A stretch of 64,000 nt of DNA, from NCBI GenBank assembly GCA_951406725.2, contig OX597817.1:131006001-131070000 (forward strand), given 5' to 3'. Positions 26,598 through 41,465 of this stretch are shown here, in pieces. Each line of letters begins with the position of its first letter. Position 1 is the first letter of the stretch. The notes under the pieces were generated by a model. It worked only from the letters and a program-made list of their open reading frames with translations, did not search any database and was not told the origin of the DNA. The stretch is from Octopus vulgaris (Eukaryota). Position numbers and translations under genes: made by a program.

Positions 26598-27254
26598 CTC
26601 CACTTTCACATTAACGGTAATCATACCGTAATTTTACCGATGTCCTTCATTTGTGCGAGATTTGGTTGCTATTTCTAACTACGAAAGAAAAATGTCTTTT
26701 ATATGTTCGAGATTTGCCTACTATTTCTTGCTCTCTCCGTCGTTGCCTGGTTAGTTTGTTGTGTGTTTTAGTTTGAGAAATATTCTCAAATACACTCCAA
26801 CCAGTGAAATATTTGGAAACCAATACTTTATTTTAATTGTTTCTCAGAATTACTATCGATGTGTGCCTAACCAACTCGTAATTTGTTTCTTCATAACTTT
26901 CTGAAAAATGGGAGATCTCTTATTATGACTGACTTTTATTCCATTATTCTAAAATCTTCTGAAACTTATAAATGCACACAGAAACATATATAAACATATA
27001 ACACACATACATACATTTTTAGAGTTAGTTTTATATACATCCGCGTATATATATATATATATATATATATTGGCATATCTACACGATTGTGCCCCAAAGA
27101 TTTGCTACTTCATAAACTTGAGAAAAGTAAATATTTCTTGGTTAAATTTTCTACAAATATGCTTCAGATCGTGTAGATTCTATTAAATTGGAATTCGTTG
27201 TGAAAACTGTTTGTCCCTAAAGGAGTTTTAGAAAATTCACACCATTAGGCTTTG

Positions 27255-27322
<68 letters not shown>

Positions 27323-27494
27323 GTATATATATATATATGTATAAAATAAATAAATATAAGAGAGTGGTCACTATATGGCTCACTCTAGCACCAGTTAATC
27401 CAAAAGGTTTCAACCACAAAAATACATGTTTCCCATGAAAGTCAGTACGATTGTTAGCTCACACGGACAGGGCAAATAAAAAATAACAAAAATA

Positions 27495-27590
27495 CAGATT
27501 ATTTTGGGACAATTGTTTCGCTATTAATGAATTAAATGTAATTTTACTTACAAAAAAATCCACTTGTAGCTCGTCAGCCAAAACTATCTG
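27495..27590 (-). ncRNA. Type-I hammerhead ribozyme, intact core (copy A)
   Basis: Minus strand CAGATAGTTTTGG-CTGACGA-GCTA..TAGC-GAAAC-AATT-GTC-CCAAAATAATCTG; 12 of 13 helix I positions pair. Confidence 0.88.
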
Positions 27591-28027
27591 GATGAAATCC
27601 ACTCAATCACACGCCAGATTTTACCATAACGATATACGCGTGTGGTTCAATTGATACATCCGACGTTATAATTCAAATGCCCCAACTAACAGCGCGCCAA
27701 AACTTTCACGGAAAACAAATACAGCATTTAGAAATAAGTGCAGCATAATTATAATTAATTAATAAGGGTGAGAGAATTAGATACTAATTTAATAGTATAT
27801 CTATTCAACACCAAGTGGCCTAGTGCTCCGAGAAACCTGGATTATTATAATATTTTATAATATATTATAATATTTTTACAAAATAAATATAAGAGAGTGG
27901 TCACTATATGGCTCACTCTAGCACCAGTTAATCCAAAAGGTTTCAACCACAAAAATACATGTTTCCCATGAAAGTCAGTACGATTGTTAGCTCACACGGA
28001 CAGGGCAAATAAAAAATAACAAAAATA

Positions 28028-28123
28028 CAGATTATTTTGGGACAATTGTTTCGCTATTAATGAATTAAATGTAATTTTACTTACAAAAAAATCCACTTGT
28101 AGCTCGTCAGCCAAAACTATCTG
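28028..28123 (-). ncRNA. Type-I hammerhead ribozyme, intact core (copy B)
   Basis: Identical motif to 27495-27590, 533 nt away. Confidence 0.88.
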
Positions 28124-28288
28124 GATGAAATCCACTCAATCACACGCCAGATTTTACCATAACGATAAATACGCGTGTGGTTCAATTGATTACATCCGAC
28201 GTTATAATTCAAATGCCCCAACTAACAGCGCGCCAAAACTTTCACAGCATTTAGAAATAAGTGCAGCATAATTATAATTATATATATG

Positions 28289-28320
<32 letters not shown>

Positions 28321-30752
28321 CATTGGTGAATACGTATTTTAATTATACACGCACATAAAAATCTGGCACACTGTCAGTTACGATGATTACAAGTACCCAA
28401 AACTTCTTCATTCTTCCAGTTTCATTTTTTTCTTCTTAAAAAGAAGGTTTTCGTCTACTAGGACCATATGTTGTACCAATGTACGACTGTCTGTCTGCTA
28501 ATATTGTTGATGGACATGCAGTATATCACTGGCATTTCACGTATGAAGTCCAGGATTATGTGAAAAAGTGTGAAGACCATCGATTGACATTTTTCTATGA
28601 AAGTATTAAAAAATATTTGGAAATAATAAAGAGAAATTAATGGTAGATGTGGACTGTCTGTATTTTAAAACCATGAATTAAAAAAAATGGGGATATAGGC
28701 TGGGTGTAATTTAAAAACAGAATTTTTTTTTGTTTTTTGCATAACCGTATTCTTTTCTTCTCTGTGCACAAGGCCCGAAATTTTTGGGGGGGTGACCAGT
28801 TGATAAAATCGACCCCAGTACATAGTATGACCCTGAAAAGAGGAAAGGTGAAGTCAACCTCGGCGGAATTTGAACTCAGAATGTAAAGACAGACAAATTA
28901 CCACTAAGCATTTCACCCGGCATGCTAACGATTCTGCCAGTTCACCGCCTGTTTGCGTAATCATATTGATTTCATTATGCAAAAGAGAGAATTGAAAAAA
29001 TTTTGTAAAAATAGAAGGGCTATGATAGGTTTCAGTATATTGTTACATCATAATTCAGCCATTTGATATTTCTAGGTATGCAAGAGAGATATCTATGATT
29101 TCTGCAGGATTTGGCTGCTATTTCTAGCTATGGAAGGTACCTTCAGCACTCCCCATAATTGCCTGGTTAGTTTATTGTGTGTTTTAGTTTGAGGAATATT
29201 CTCAAATACACTCCAACCACTGAAATGTTTGGAAACCAATACTTTATTGTAATCTATTGATTGTTTCTCGGTATTACTATCGATGTGTGCCCAACCAACT
29301 AGTAATTTGTTTCCTCATAACTTTCTCAAAAATGGGTAATTCTAAATATAATTTTCTGAAAGTACGTAGTGGTGTAGATGAGGATTATGTAGGAATCTGT
29401 TGTGCAAAGATAAGTAAAATTGAATGGAGGTTACGGATAATTTATATACATCGACTTTATTTCCTCATATTTGTAGATTCAAAATGATGCTGAAAAATGA
29501 GGCGGAGTGTCGGATTAGCTCACCCACATAAGTTGGATATTATTTGTTTTGAGGGGTATTTTTTTCAAAATATCTTCACTATGCATTTGAAAATGATGGG
29601 GGTGGGGAAAAAGTTATGAAAATCTGATTTGCATCTGCTCATGAGACATTAATGCTGATATAATAATATTAGCCATATTTCTGGAGAAAAACTAATGTTA
29701 GTGTCCACCAGCTTGTAGTTTTATTTGAAAATTGTTATGCAATGTGAAGGTGTCAGTGTAGTTTACAAATATGTAAGCTTCACACAAGATTCTGTGATGT
29801 CAATTTTAATAAATTAAAGTGTTAAGTTCATCATCATTTTTTAATGTCTGTTGTCCATGGTTGGATGGTTTAACCAGAGCTGGGGAGCTGCAGCACATTC
29901 CAGTTTAATTTATTAGGTTTTCTACTGCTAGATGCCCTTACAAGTGCCAACCACTTCACAGTACCAAGAGTGCTTTATCTGTCACTGCTCACACACTTTT
30001 ATGTGCAACCATACAGTTGCTTTAACAAGATGGCACTTTTACATGGCTCTGCACACCCACTTTTATAAAGAACGGTCACAAATGCTTTTGGCCACCAGAG
30101 GAATGAGTCTAAATACTTCTGCTGTGGTGTACAGCGAAGTGACAGGCATCATTGGTGTTTATCATATCACCTGAAAGGTTCAGCATCCTGATTTTGCTCT
30201 TTGGTACTTCTTTCCGTGTCTTCTTGGGTGTCCCACTTCCACTTGTTCCAACTACTTTGAGAGAGCAGCACTTCTTTATGGAACTGTTGGCACCCAGCTC
30301 AGTTGTTATGGTAAATGTATGTTTCTACAGTTTGTCTCAATAGAAATGAATCTGTATTTTTAAATAGCCTCTACATTTGACACTGTTTTTGTCTCTATAA
30401 TTTCAAAGCATCAAATGACAGAAGAAGCATCCTCAATATCTGCCATGTTTTAAAGACTAAAGAAGAATATTCTACAAAACAGATGTATAACATTGTTTCT
30501 GCAAATATGTGGAAGAATTCTTGTGAAATATTTGCTCTAAAATAATATTATCTGTGAAATTTCTGAACATCACTGACTGGAGTGTCAAGAAGATAAGACT
30601 ATGTGCTAATTAAAGTTGGAAAAGTTTATGAAAGTGTGGCTACACAAAGGTAACGCTGGACAGAATTACAGCAGTAGAAGTGTATGTAAGGAAAAAAAGT
30701 ATAAAGACAAAAGAAAGAAAAATATATTGACTGGGATTTGAGAGGAAAAGTA

Positions 30753-32160
<1,408 letters not shown>

Positions 32161-33145
32161 GTGGTTTCTATAGTTCGATTTTTTTTTTTTTTCATTGTTG
32201 CAATATTCACCTCCTTCTCCTTTCTTGACCACTCATGCAGTTTCCTTTCCATAATGTAGGGACCTTTATACCAAATCTCCTCCTCCTGACAACCCTCCAC
32301 ATTATTCTTTCTTGAATATCACATCCTGTAATTACAGCATATTTACTGTATTTTGAATGCTTCCCTGATTAGATATGTTATATAATAATAATATAGGTTA
32401 TGATATTTTCATACACAGGAATATTGTAAAGTTGTCAAATAATGACAAAAACAATGACCTCATGTACAAAACAGAAGAGATCTCAAAGGGAGAAGTATAG
32501 TTTAGTGCCCCACACCAGACTGATTCCTTGTTAGTTTCTGATTAATGATTTCTGCAAATTAAACTTTGCAGAGATAGGTTTTCAAGTGTCCAAATTATGA
32601 TGATTTTCATAAGGTTGAGAAACGTTTTGGAGATCTCTTACTATCATTTGTCAACTCTGCTAAACTTACTCACTTTTTCAGTATGTGAGGTTATATTCAG
32701 TTCAACCTAGATAACCTACAAAATATCTTTTGTTACTGTGACCTAACTTAATCAAGAAATTTTTATAAAAATGGAACAGTAAATAGAATGCTCTCTCTCT
32801 TTCACTTGACACCTGTAACAGAGGCGGCATACCTTTTCTCAGTGATGTCAGAGAGATAAAGATGTGATTTCTTCTCTTTCCTTGCTGGCTGTTACAGATG
32901 TAACATTTCTCTCTTATTCTGTCTACTCAGAGATATTTACACAATGGACAACAACTACAACCTGTCTATGTATTAACAACTCAAAATACTTGTTTAGCTG
33001 ACAATTCTAAACGAAAGCCAGTTCACCTGTGATCTATTTCTAGAGTCATTTCTTTTGTGTATGATTAATGGAGCAACATGTGGCCTTATTCGTGAAGGGT
33101 GTTTGCGTTAAGTTTGACAGTATGCATAATAATAACATAAACCAC

Positions 33146-33400
33146 AGTATCCCATCTAAGAATAAGAATATATTAAAAGAATATGAACTAGATTACGGCT
33201 GGAAGACAGCAGTTTACTCAAAGTAGCCACTCTCAGCTTCCACCATGGTCCCAAGACAACTCCAGAACCTGGCATAAGTATTCTCACTTTGTCCCTGGAA
33301 AAATCTTCAAGCCCCTCCTTGATCTTGTCTACTTGCTCAGCATTTATGTTGAAACAGAACAGTCAGTGTCTTTCTCAACTGTGCCTCACAAATGATTACA
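33146..33400 (-). mobile_element. Tc1/mariner-superfamily transposase C-terminus and right end
   Basis: EQVDKIKEGLEDFSRDKVR(fs)ARFWSCLGTMVEAESGYFE*, matching the typical Tc1-type ending F..R.EAV.EA.GG..E*. Confidence 0.6.
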
Positions 33401-34596
33401 ACCAGGAGAATTAAGAGGCCATGAATTAGGGATGAAGAAAGCATAGAAATTCTCTGAGAAGTACTTTTGATTCTTTGCAGAAGTCTGAGTAGCAGTCAAG
33501 AGACACACCCAGACATGAGCCCGCTGCATTGTAGTCTCTGTTGCTGCTGTGCATGTCATGTCTTACATCTTTTACAGTGTTCAGAAAGCATTTAACAGCA
33601 GTCATAATGTCAGCATCTTTTATACCCAGTATGAATCATAATGATACAGCTAACTCTCTTCCAATATTCAGATGGTTTCCAGTCCTCTGTGTTAGTTAAC
33701 CTTTTTGAACTACATCTTTAATCTTTATTCTCTCCAACAATGTTGAATTTTCACCAATACATAAAGTGTTTTTTTTTTTCCTGAAAGGTGACATAATATA
33801 TTGTGGAATTAAGCCTGTGCATGCTGTGTCCAAATGTTTCTATTTACAAAATTGCAAACTCTGAACTTGTGGTGTGTAAATTGTTTGTTTCTTAAAGGCA
33901 TCATAGAAATGTACCTTTTATATGAACCATAGCATCTGCTAACTCTTGTTGGCTCCCTCTGTCTTTCAGTCTACTGTGTGTTTAACCCTGAAAAGCCCTC
34001 AAATGCTGTGTTTTTCAGAAAGACGAATTTCACTTGAAATCTGCATCCCAAACAGAAAATCAACCATAAATAGTAATAAAGAAAAAGATAATTATCATCT
34101 TGAAGAGGAAGCCATCTGCAGATAATGATAAAAACATATGTAATCTTTGAGAAATAACTCAACTTTTAGATCTACTCTCTATCACCATCAGTCTCTCTCT
34201 ACTAGTTACCACACTTTTTATGTCTCTCTGTATATACATTCTCTTTCACATGTTGTTTTCATTTTGTTTTGAACTTTGTCTTCTAATGTTTGCTTTCATT
34301 TTATCTCAGCTATCACTTACAAATCTTCTTTTCTGATTTGGAAAAAGGATTAAACTTTAAACTTCTGTAACAATTTTCTAAATGTTTTCTAAAATGAATT
34401 AATCACACACTGGGATTCAGTGTGAAAAACTAAATCAAAATAGCAAATTTGAACATTTTCAATTACTTTTGAAGATTCAAAATCTGTGAGGATATCAGTA
34501 AAAGCCTTTCTATTTGTCTGTCTTTCATTTCTTGCTTTCCTATATTTACCTAACTCTATCTCTATCTCTCTCTAGATTATATATATATATATATCA

Positions 34597-34628
34597 GATT
34601 CAAACAGGAGAGAAAGGAAAACAGTAGT
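34597..34628 (+). pseudogene. Stub of a fifth ZNF unit (last linker and stop only)
   Basis: ATTCAAACAGGAGAGAAAGGAAAACAGTAG matches the ends of units 1 and 3; followed by ~1.5 kb of paralogous 3' flank. Confidence 0.65.
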
Positions 34629-37600
34629 TTCTATAGTTTTTTGCTTACTGTATTTGTTTAATATTCCTGTTTTATGCAATGGAAATTATGACTAAAATAT
34701 TTCCAAAACTTTTAGATTTTTTTGTTTTGTTTTTGTAATGTATACCACTCCTTTCTTGACTGCTCCTACAGTTTCGTTTCCACGATGTAAGGACCTCTAT
34801 ACAAAATCTCCTCCTCCTGTCCAGCCTATGCATCATTTTTACTTGAATATCGCATCCTGTAATTACACTATCTGTATTGCTTTTTGTCTTTTAAATGCTT
34901 CACACATTAAATGTTATACAATAATATAAGTTATTAATTCTTTATACTCAAGAATATTCTATATTTGTCAAATATTAACATAAACAACGACCCCAAGTAT
35001 AAAATAGAAGAGATCACAAAGGAAGAATATGAGGCATAAGTATAGTATTGTGCCCCACAACTGACTGATTCCTTGTTACCTTCTGAATAATTGTTTCTTC
35101 AAATTGAACTTTTCAGAGATAAGTTTTCAAAGGTCCAGATTAAGATGATTTGCATAAAATTGAGAAGAAACATTTTGGAGTAGATTCTTATTCTCAGCCC
35201 CAAGATAGTTGGGATTGCAGAGTCATTTTCTGGTAAAGAATGGACTTATAAATATAGGTTCACACTTAGTGATTTGAAAGGCAGATCTTGAAGGTCTGAC
35301 AGCTTTCTTTGAAACCTAGGGATCTTTAAGACAGGTGGAGGTATGACTAACTAATTAAAGCCTTTGATGAGAAGTCGGAGCGAGAGGACAACTGGAAGTT
35401 GATATAAGGCAGCTCATGTAGAGCTGCAGAATAAATCTGTGCCTGGTATAAAATGCTAGTCAAGGATTTGAAAGAATGGCGACAGATGGTAGCTTGAAGA
35501 AAAGGTAGGAGACAGGTCTATTTAGCAAGGGGAAGAACAGAGAAAAAGAGGTATGCCAATATTCTACAGTTTCAGAACCGAAAATATAAAGTGCTCTGTT
35601 TTGCAGGATACTGTAGCAGAGAAAAGTGAGTTGTGGGATGTGTGTGCAGAAGGAAAATGTCATGCTTGCATTCCATTCAAAATAAAGATGCATGGAAGTG
35701 CAAATATGAAAGGCTACTCAATATGGAGCATGAATACGAGAAAGCCTTTGTAATGTGAACACATGAGAGGGTCCAATATTCAGATGGCTTCCAGTCCTTC
35801 ATGTTAGATAAGTTTTACTCAACTCACCAACACCATTGACTGTTCACCAATACATAAAGTTTTTCCTGAATGAAGGAGACATAAAAACTATCTTGAAATG
35901 TAACCTGAATACACTGTGTACCAATGTTTATATTTACAAAGTTGCAGATTCTGATATGATGATGTGTAAAATGTTTGTTTGTTAAAGGCATCTTATAAAT
36001 TTATCTCTTATATGAAATATTTCTAGCAGCTCTCATTTATCCCTTTATCTTTTAGTATATCACTATCGGTATTATAAACATTTTATCATTATCATTTCAC
36101 GTCTGTGTGCCATGCTGGCATAGGTTGGCTCTGAAAACTAACAAGACTTCCTTGATTTGTGCGGGATTTGGCTGCTATTTCTAGTTATGAAAGAAAAATG
36201 TCTGTGATTAGTTCGAGACTTGGCTGCTATTTCTAGGTATGGAAGCTACCTTCTGCACTCTGTGTTGTTGCCTAGTTAATTTGTTGTGTATTTTAGTCCT
36301 GATGATTTCTCAGCATTTAGAATGCTTTTTATGCTATGATACTGTTGATACATTTCTATCTTCAGTCTCTCGCTCCTTACGAACCTTGTAGATGAAAGAT
36401 CTGGCATCCTTTATAAAATCGAGATATTTCTAAATCGCTATGCTCAGCCTTTCTAAACACAATAACAGCGTGCCTCTTCACTTGTTGAGTAAGCTGAGGG
36501 TCTGCCATTATTACTGGGTTGGTGCATAACTATTGCAGCTTTTTATTCAACAAAAACATTCTGGAGAAAGGCTAATATTAGTGTCCACTATTCTGTAGTT
36601 TTATTTTAAAACTGTTACACAATGTGAAGGTGTCAGTGTAGTTTACAAATATTTAAGCTTCACACACGATTCTATGAATTAAAATGTTAAGTTCTTCATC
36701 TTGAAATGTCTGCTGTCCATGCTGGAATGTGTTGCAAGGCTGGCAAGCTGCAGCAAACTCCAGTCTGATTTCTTATCGTTTCTACAGCTACGTGGCTTCA
36801 CTAGTGCCATCTACTTTACAGTGCACAGGGTGCTTTTATGTGCTACCACAGAGTTGCTTTAACATGGCACTGCACATCCCCTTTTCTGAAGAAGGATCAC
36901 AAGTGCTTTTGGCCACCAGAGGGATGAGTCAGAATACATCTGTTTTTGAGTATGCGTCTTCTTAAGTACAACGGGATGCCAAGCATCTTGGTGTTTACCC
37001 TATCACATTTCAGGCGATGTGGTAAACTCCAAGATGCCTGGTTCAGCATCCTGAGTTAGCTCATCAGAAGACTTCTTCCAGGTCTTCTTCCACTTGTTCC
37101 ATCTACTTTGAGAGATCAGCAGTTCTTTATGGAACTATTGGCATCTAGCTCAGTTTGTTAAGATAAGTGTTTGTTTCTACAGTTTGTCTCAATAGAAATG
37201 AATCTGCATTTTTTAAATAGCCTCTACATTTGACACTGTTGTTTCTCTATAATTTCAGAACATCAGAAGACAGAAGAAGCATCCTCAATATCTACCATAT
37301 TTTAATCACTAAAGGAAAATATTATACAAAACAGATGTATAACATTGTTTCTACAAATCTGTGGAAGAATTCCTGTGAAATATCTGCTCTGAAATAATAT
37401 TAGCAAAATTTCTGAACATTGCTGACTGGAGTGTTCAAGAAGATAAGACTGTGTGCTGATTAAAGTTGGATAAATTTATAGAAGTGTTGCTAAACAAAGG
37501 TAACACTGGACAGAAATACAGCAGTAGAAGGAATAACATATAAAAACAAAAACAAGAAAAATGTACTAATTTGAGAAAAAAGTAATAAAAAAAAAAGAGT

Positions 37601-37686
37601 GAGAAAATTATAGAATTTATTTCCCCACATCTGATAAAAGAGATGAGATCATATGACTGTCCTTCTCTTGAAAAAGTAATTTAATT

Positions 37687-38484
37687 ATGCACAAACATAA
37701 CTGTAGAGAAGAGAAACTGTATCATTGTCATATCTGTGGTAAACCATTCTCTGAAAATTCTGCTTTAATAGAACACATACATATTCATACAGGAGAGAAC
37801 CCGTATCATTGTGATATCTGTGGTAGATCATTCTCTGAAAGTACTACCTTGACAAAACACATACGTATTCATACAGCTGAAAGGCCATATCCTTGTGATA
37901 TTTGTGGTAGATCATTCTTTCAAAATAGTGACTTAACAAAACACATACGTATTCATACAGGAGAGAAGCCATATCATTGTGGTATCTGTGGTAAATCATT
38001 CTCGCAAAATAGTGACTTAACTAGACACAAGCGTATTCATACGGGAGAAAAGCCATATCATTGTGATATCTGTGGTAAATCATTCTCTCAAAATTCTAGC
38101 ATAACTACTCACAAACGTATTCATACAGGAGAGAAGCCATATGACTGTGATATCTGTGGTAAATCATTCGCTGAAAGCACTACCTTAACAAAACACATAC
38201 GTATTCATACAGGAGAGAAGCCATATCACTGTGATATCTGTAGTAAATCATTCTCTCAAAATAATCTCTTAACTATACACAAATGTATTCATACAGGCGA
38301 GAAACTGCATTATTGTGATATCTGTGGTAAATCATTCTCTGGCAGTGGTCACTTATCTAGACACAAATATATTCACACAGGAGAGACACCTTATCACTGT
38401 GATACCTGTGGTAAATCATTCTCTGATAATAGTAATTTAACAAGACACAAATATATTCATACAGGGAAGAAAGAAAATGGGTAG
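37687..38484 (+). CDS. C2H2 zinc-finger protein, 9 tandem fingers (unit 3)
   Basis: 265-aa open frame with CxxC..HxxxH intact in all 9 fingers and TGEKP-type linkers; acceptor at 37258; ancestral ATG lost. Confidence 0.75.
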   Translation: MHKHNCREEKLYHCHICGKPFSENSALIEHIHIHTGENPYHCDICGRSFSESTTLTKHIRIHTAERPYPCDICGRSFFQNSDLTKHIRIHTGEKPYHCGICGKSFSQNSDLTRHKRIHTGEKPYHCDICGKSFSQNSSITTHKRIHTGEKPYDCDICGKSFAESTTLTKHIRIHTGEKPYHCDICSKSFSQNNLLTIHKCIHTGEKLHYCDICGKSFSGSGHLSRHKYIHTGETPYHCDTCGKSFSDNSNLTRHKYIHTGKKENG

Positions 38485-40969
38485 TTTCTTGTTTGCCAGT
38501 TATTTAATATTCCTGTTTTATGCAATGGAAATTGTGACTTAAATATTTCCCAAAATTCTAGACTTTTTTCTTCTGTTTTTGCAATATTCACCTCCCACTC
38601 CTTTCCTGACCACTCATGCAGTTTGTTTTCGATGATGTAAGGAGCTCTATACCGAATCATGCAGAGCTGCAGAACAAATTTGTGCCTGGTAGAAAATGAC
38701 TACCAGATAAATGATGACACGATGGTTGAACAGGGAAGTTCTGAATAATTGTTTCTTCAAATTGAACTTTTCAGAGATAAGTTTTCAAAGATCCAGATTA
38801 AGATTATTTTCATAAAATTGAGAAGAAACATTTTGGAGTAGATTCTTATTCTCAGCCCCAAGATAGTTGGGAATGCAGAGTCATTTTCTGGTAAAGAATG
38901 GACTTATAAATATAGGTTCACACTTAGTGATATGAGAGGCAGATCTTGAAGGTCTGACAGCTTTCTTTGAAACCTAGGGATCCTTAAAACACGTGGAGGT
39001 GTGACTAACTAATTAAAGCCTTTGATGAGAAGTCGGAGTGAGAGGACAACTGGAAGTTGATATAAGGCAGCTCATGTAGAGCTGCAGAATAAATCTGTGC
39101 CTGGTATAAAATGCCAGTCAAGTGAAGGGGGATGTGATGGTTGAACAGGGAAGTATACAGAACTATAAAGGCAGAGACATCTTGAAGGATTTGAAAGAAT
39201 GGTGACAGATGGCAGCTTGAAGAATAGGTAGGAGACAGGTCTATTTAGCAAGGGGAAGAACAGAAAAAAGAGGTATGCCAATATTCTACAGCTTCACAAC
39301 CAAACTATGAAGTACTCTTTTACAGGATAGTGAAGCAGAAAAAATGTGTGTGTAGAAGGGTAATGTCATGCTTCTGTTCCATGATGCAAAATAAAGAGGC
39401 ATGGAAGGTTACTCAATATGGAGCATGAATATGAGAAAGCCTTTGTATGAGAGGGTCCAATATTCAGATGGCTTCCAGTCTTTCATGTTAGATAAGTTTT
39501 ACTCAACTCTTCAACATCACTGACTGTTTAACATCACAAAGTTATTCCTGAAGGAAGGAGACATAAAAAATATCTTGAAATGTAACCTGAACGCCCTGTG
39601 TACCAATATTTATATTTACAAAGTTGCACACTCTGATCTTGTGATGTGTAAAATGTTTGTTTCTTAAAGCCATCATATATATGTGTGTTTTATATGAAGT
39701 ATTTCTAGCAGATAACTCTTGTTTGTCCCTTTATCTTTCAGTATATTGCTATCGATATTACACACATTGTATCATCATCATCATTTAATGTCTATATTCC
39801 ATGCTGGCATAGGATGGACAGTTTGACGAAGACCCAATGAGTCGAGGACTGTATTGTTCCACAGTGTTTGCTTCGGCATGGTTTCTACAGCTGGATGCAT
39901 TTCCTAATGCTAACCACTTTACTCACTGTACTGTGTACATTACTCGTGTCACTGGTACTACTGAAGGTATAGTGTTGCTCTCAAGCCAACAAACCCAAGG
40001 AGGGGAAATGTTGCTGCTATAAGGTAGGTAGGAGTAAGACTATGAGGGAAGGGTTTTGAGTAGAGCAGGTTGTTGTGGAGGAAATACATAACTATATTTA
40101 GGAGAAAACGTCAGACCGAACAAGGAGTATTTCTGAGGAGATTAAGCATGGGGGTGGCACTTCAGGCTGCAGGAGCTGTTGCTCTAAGGGGTAGCCATGG
40201 TCTGTTACTGTGGGTGGAAGGGAGGATGGCAACGTGTGTGACAATTGAGAGAGAGCAGTACAAATGTTGGGGAGACTACAGGGATACTAGAAACGTGGTA
40301 GGCACGATAATATTGACAGTGGGAGCAAATACACGTATATACATGGGGTTATGTAAAGTGAAGTATACCTGTGTATAAATCTGAAAGGAATTCCACAATA
40401 ACCCTTTGTATTTAGGGAATAAAATTTGGATTACTTCAAAAGATGTGAATTTGACTGCAATTTATTTAACCTTGCAGTGTTGATACTAAAAATGTTATTT
40501 TAAAAAAATCTCTTATGGGTAAACATACAAAGCATACAAAATAAATTCAAAATCCAGAAGAAATCATTTGTATTATAATTATCACAGAAGTAAGTTATCT
40601 CAAGGTGTGCTGGAGCATGGCTACAGTCAAATGGCTGAAACAAATAAAAGAATAAAGATGGAACGATGTAAGATATAGTGCTGGAAAACTGTTATCAACA
40701 ACAATTGTGTTTGTTTTCACGAAGGGAAAAATCTAGCCTAATTGGTGATTTTTCTATTTCATATAGAAGGGATATCGACAGCAAGCCATGTTACTCTATG
40801 CTTGAAGAGGCGGGGGAGAGGTTGGCGTCAAGAAAAGTTAACAAACTGTAAAGAACACTTCAGAAAACGAAGCCACAATGGATGGATTAATTGTTTCTAA
40901 CGTGAAAACTTAAAAATCAAAAGCTTTAAACTGTTAGATAAAGGGAGATAATTCGAATTTGCTGCAAGA

Positions 40970-41148
40970 GTGGAGATACGCATGCGCATTGAACGTGCCT
41001 CTTACTTGATGTTGACATCCGGTTAAATGTCTTCTGCATGAATTTCTCTCAATCAGCTGACAATAATAGAAGAATACATTTATTATACTTAAAATACGTA
41101 CTACCACACACACAACAACACTATCCTTTACGAAATATTTCCGTAAGT
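40970..41148 (+). promoter_or_regulatory. ZNF unit 4 putative promoter, non-coding exon 1 and donor
   Basis: TACGCATGCGCA 40977-40988, ACATCCGG 41015-41022, donor GTAAGT at 41143, acceptor CAG at 43223. Confidence 0.62.
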
Positions 41149-41238
41149 ATTAAACAATGAAAATATTCAATGTTTTTAATTCTGTAGACTTTCGGTTTTT
41201 GGCGCCTCGATTCTTTGTGTCTTTTCTACGTTTCTTTG

Positions 41239-41465
41239 AATAATAAAAAATAATGAAATTATTGTATTCAGTGCTCAGGTGCCCCATAACTTGTCAAAAG
41301 TGCGTATAAAGTATATGCAGTAATGTACAAATGTGTGCGAAGTGAACAGTGTATGAGTCAGATAGATGCTTGCGTGTGTATGGAGGGGAGAAAATCAGGT
41401 GTAGTGTAGGCGAATCTCAGGAAGCATGGAAGTTTTGAAGGATGCAGTGCTCCGACAACTAACAA
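41239..41465 (-). mobile_element. 3' end of the same CR1 family as 9678-11376
   Basis: Reverse complement of ~11143-11370 including the TTA tail. Confidence 0.88.

Larger units (their letters stand above)
27343..28280 (-). mobile_element. Tandem pLTR/retrozyme-like repeat (533-bp period, about 1.75 copies) in a (TA)n tract
   Basis: AGAGTGGTCACTATATGG at 27361 and 27894; each copy carries a hammerhead; no ORF. Confidence 0.8.
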
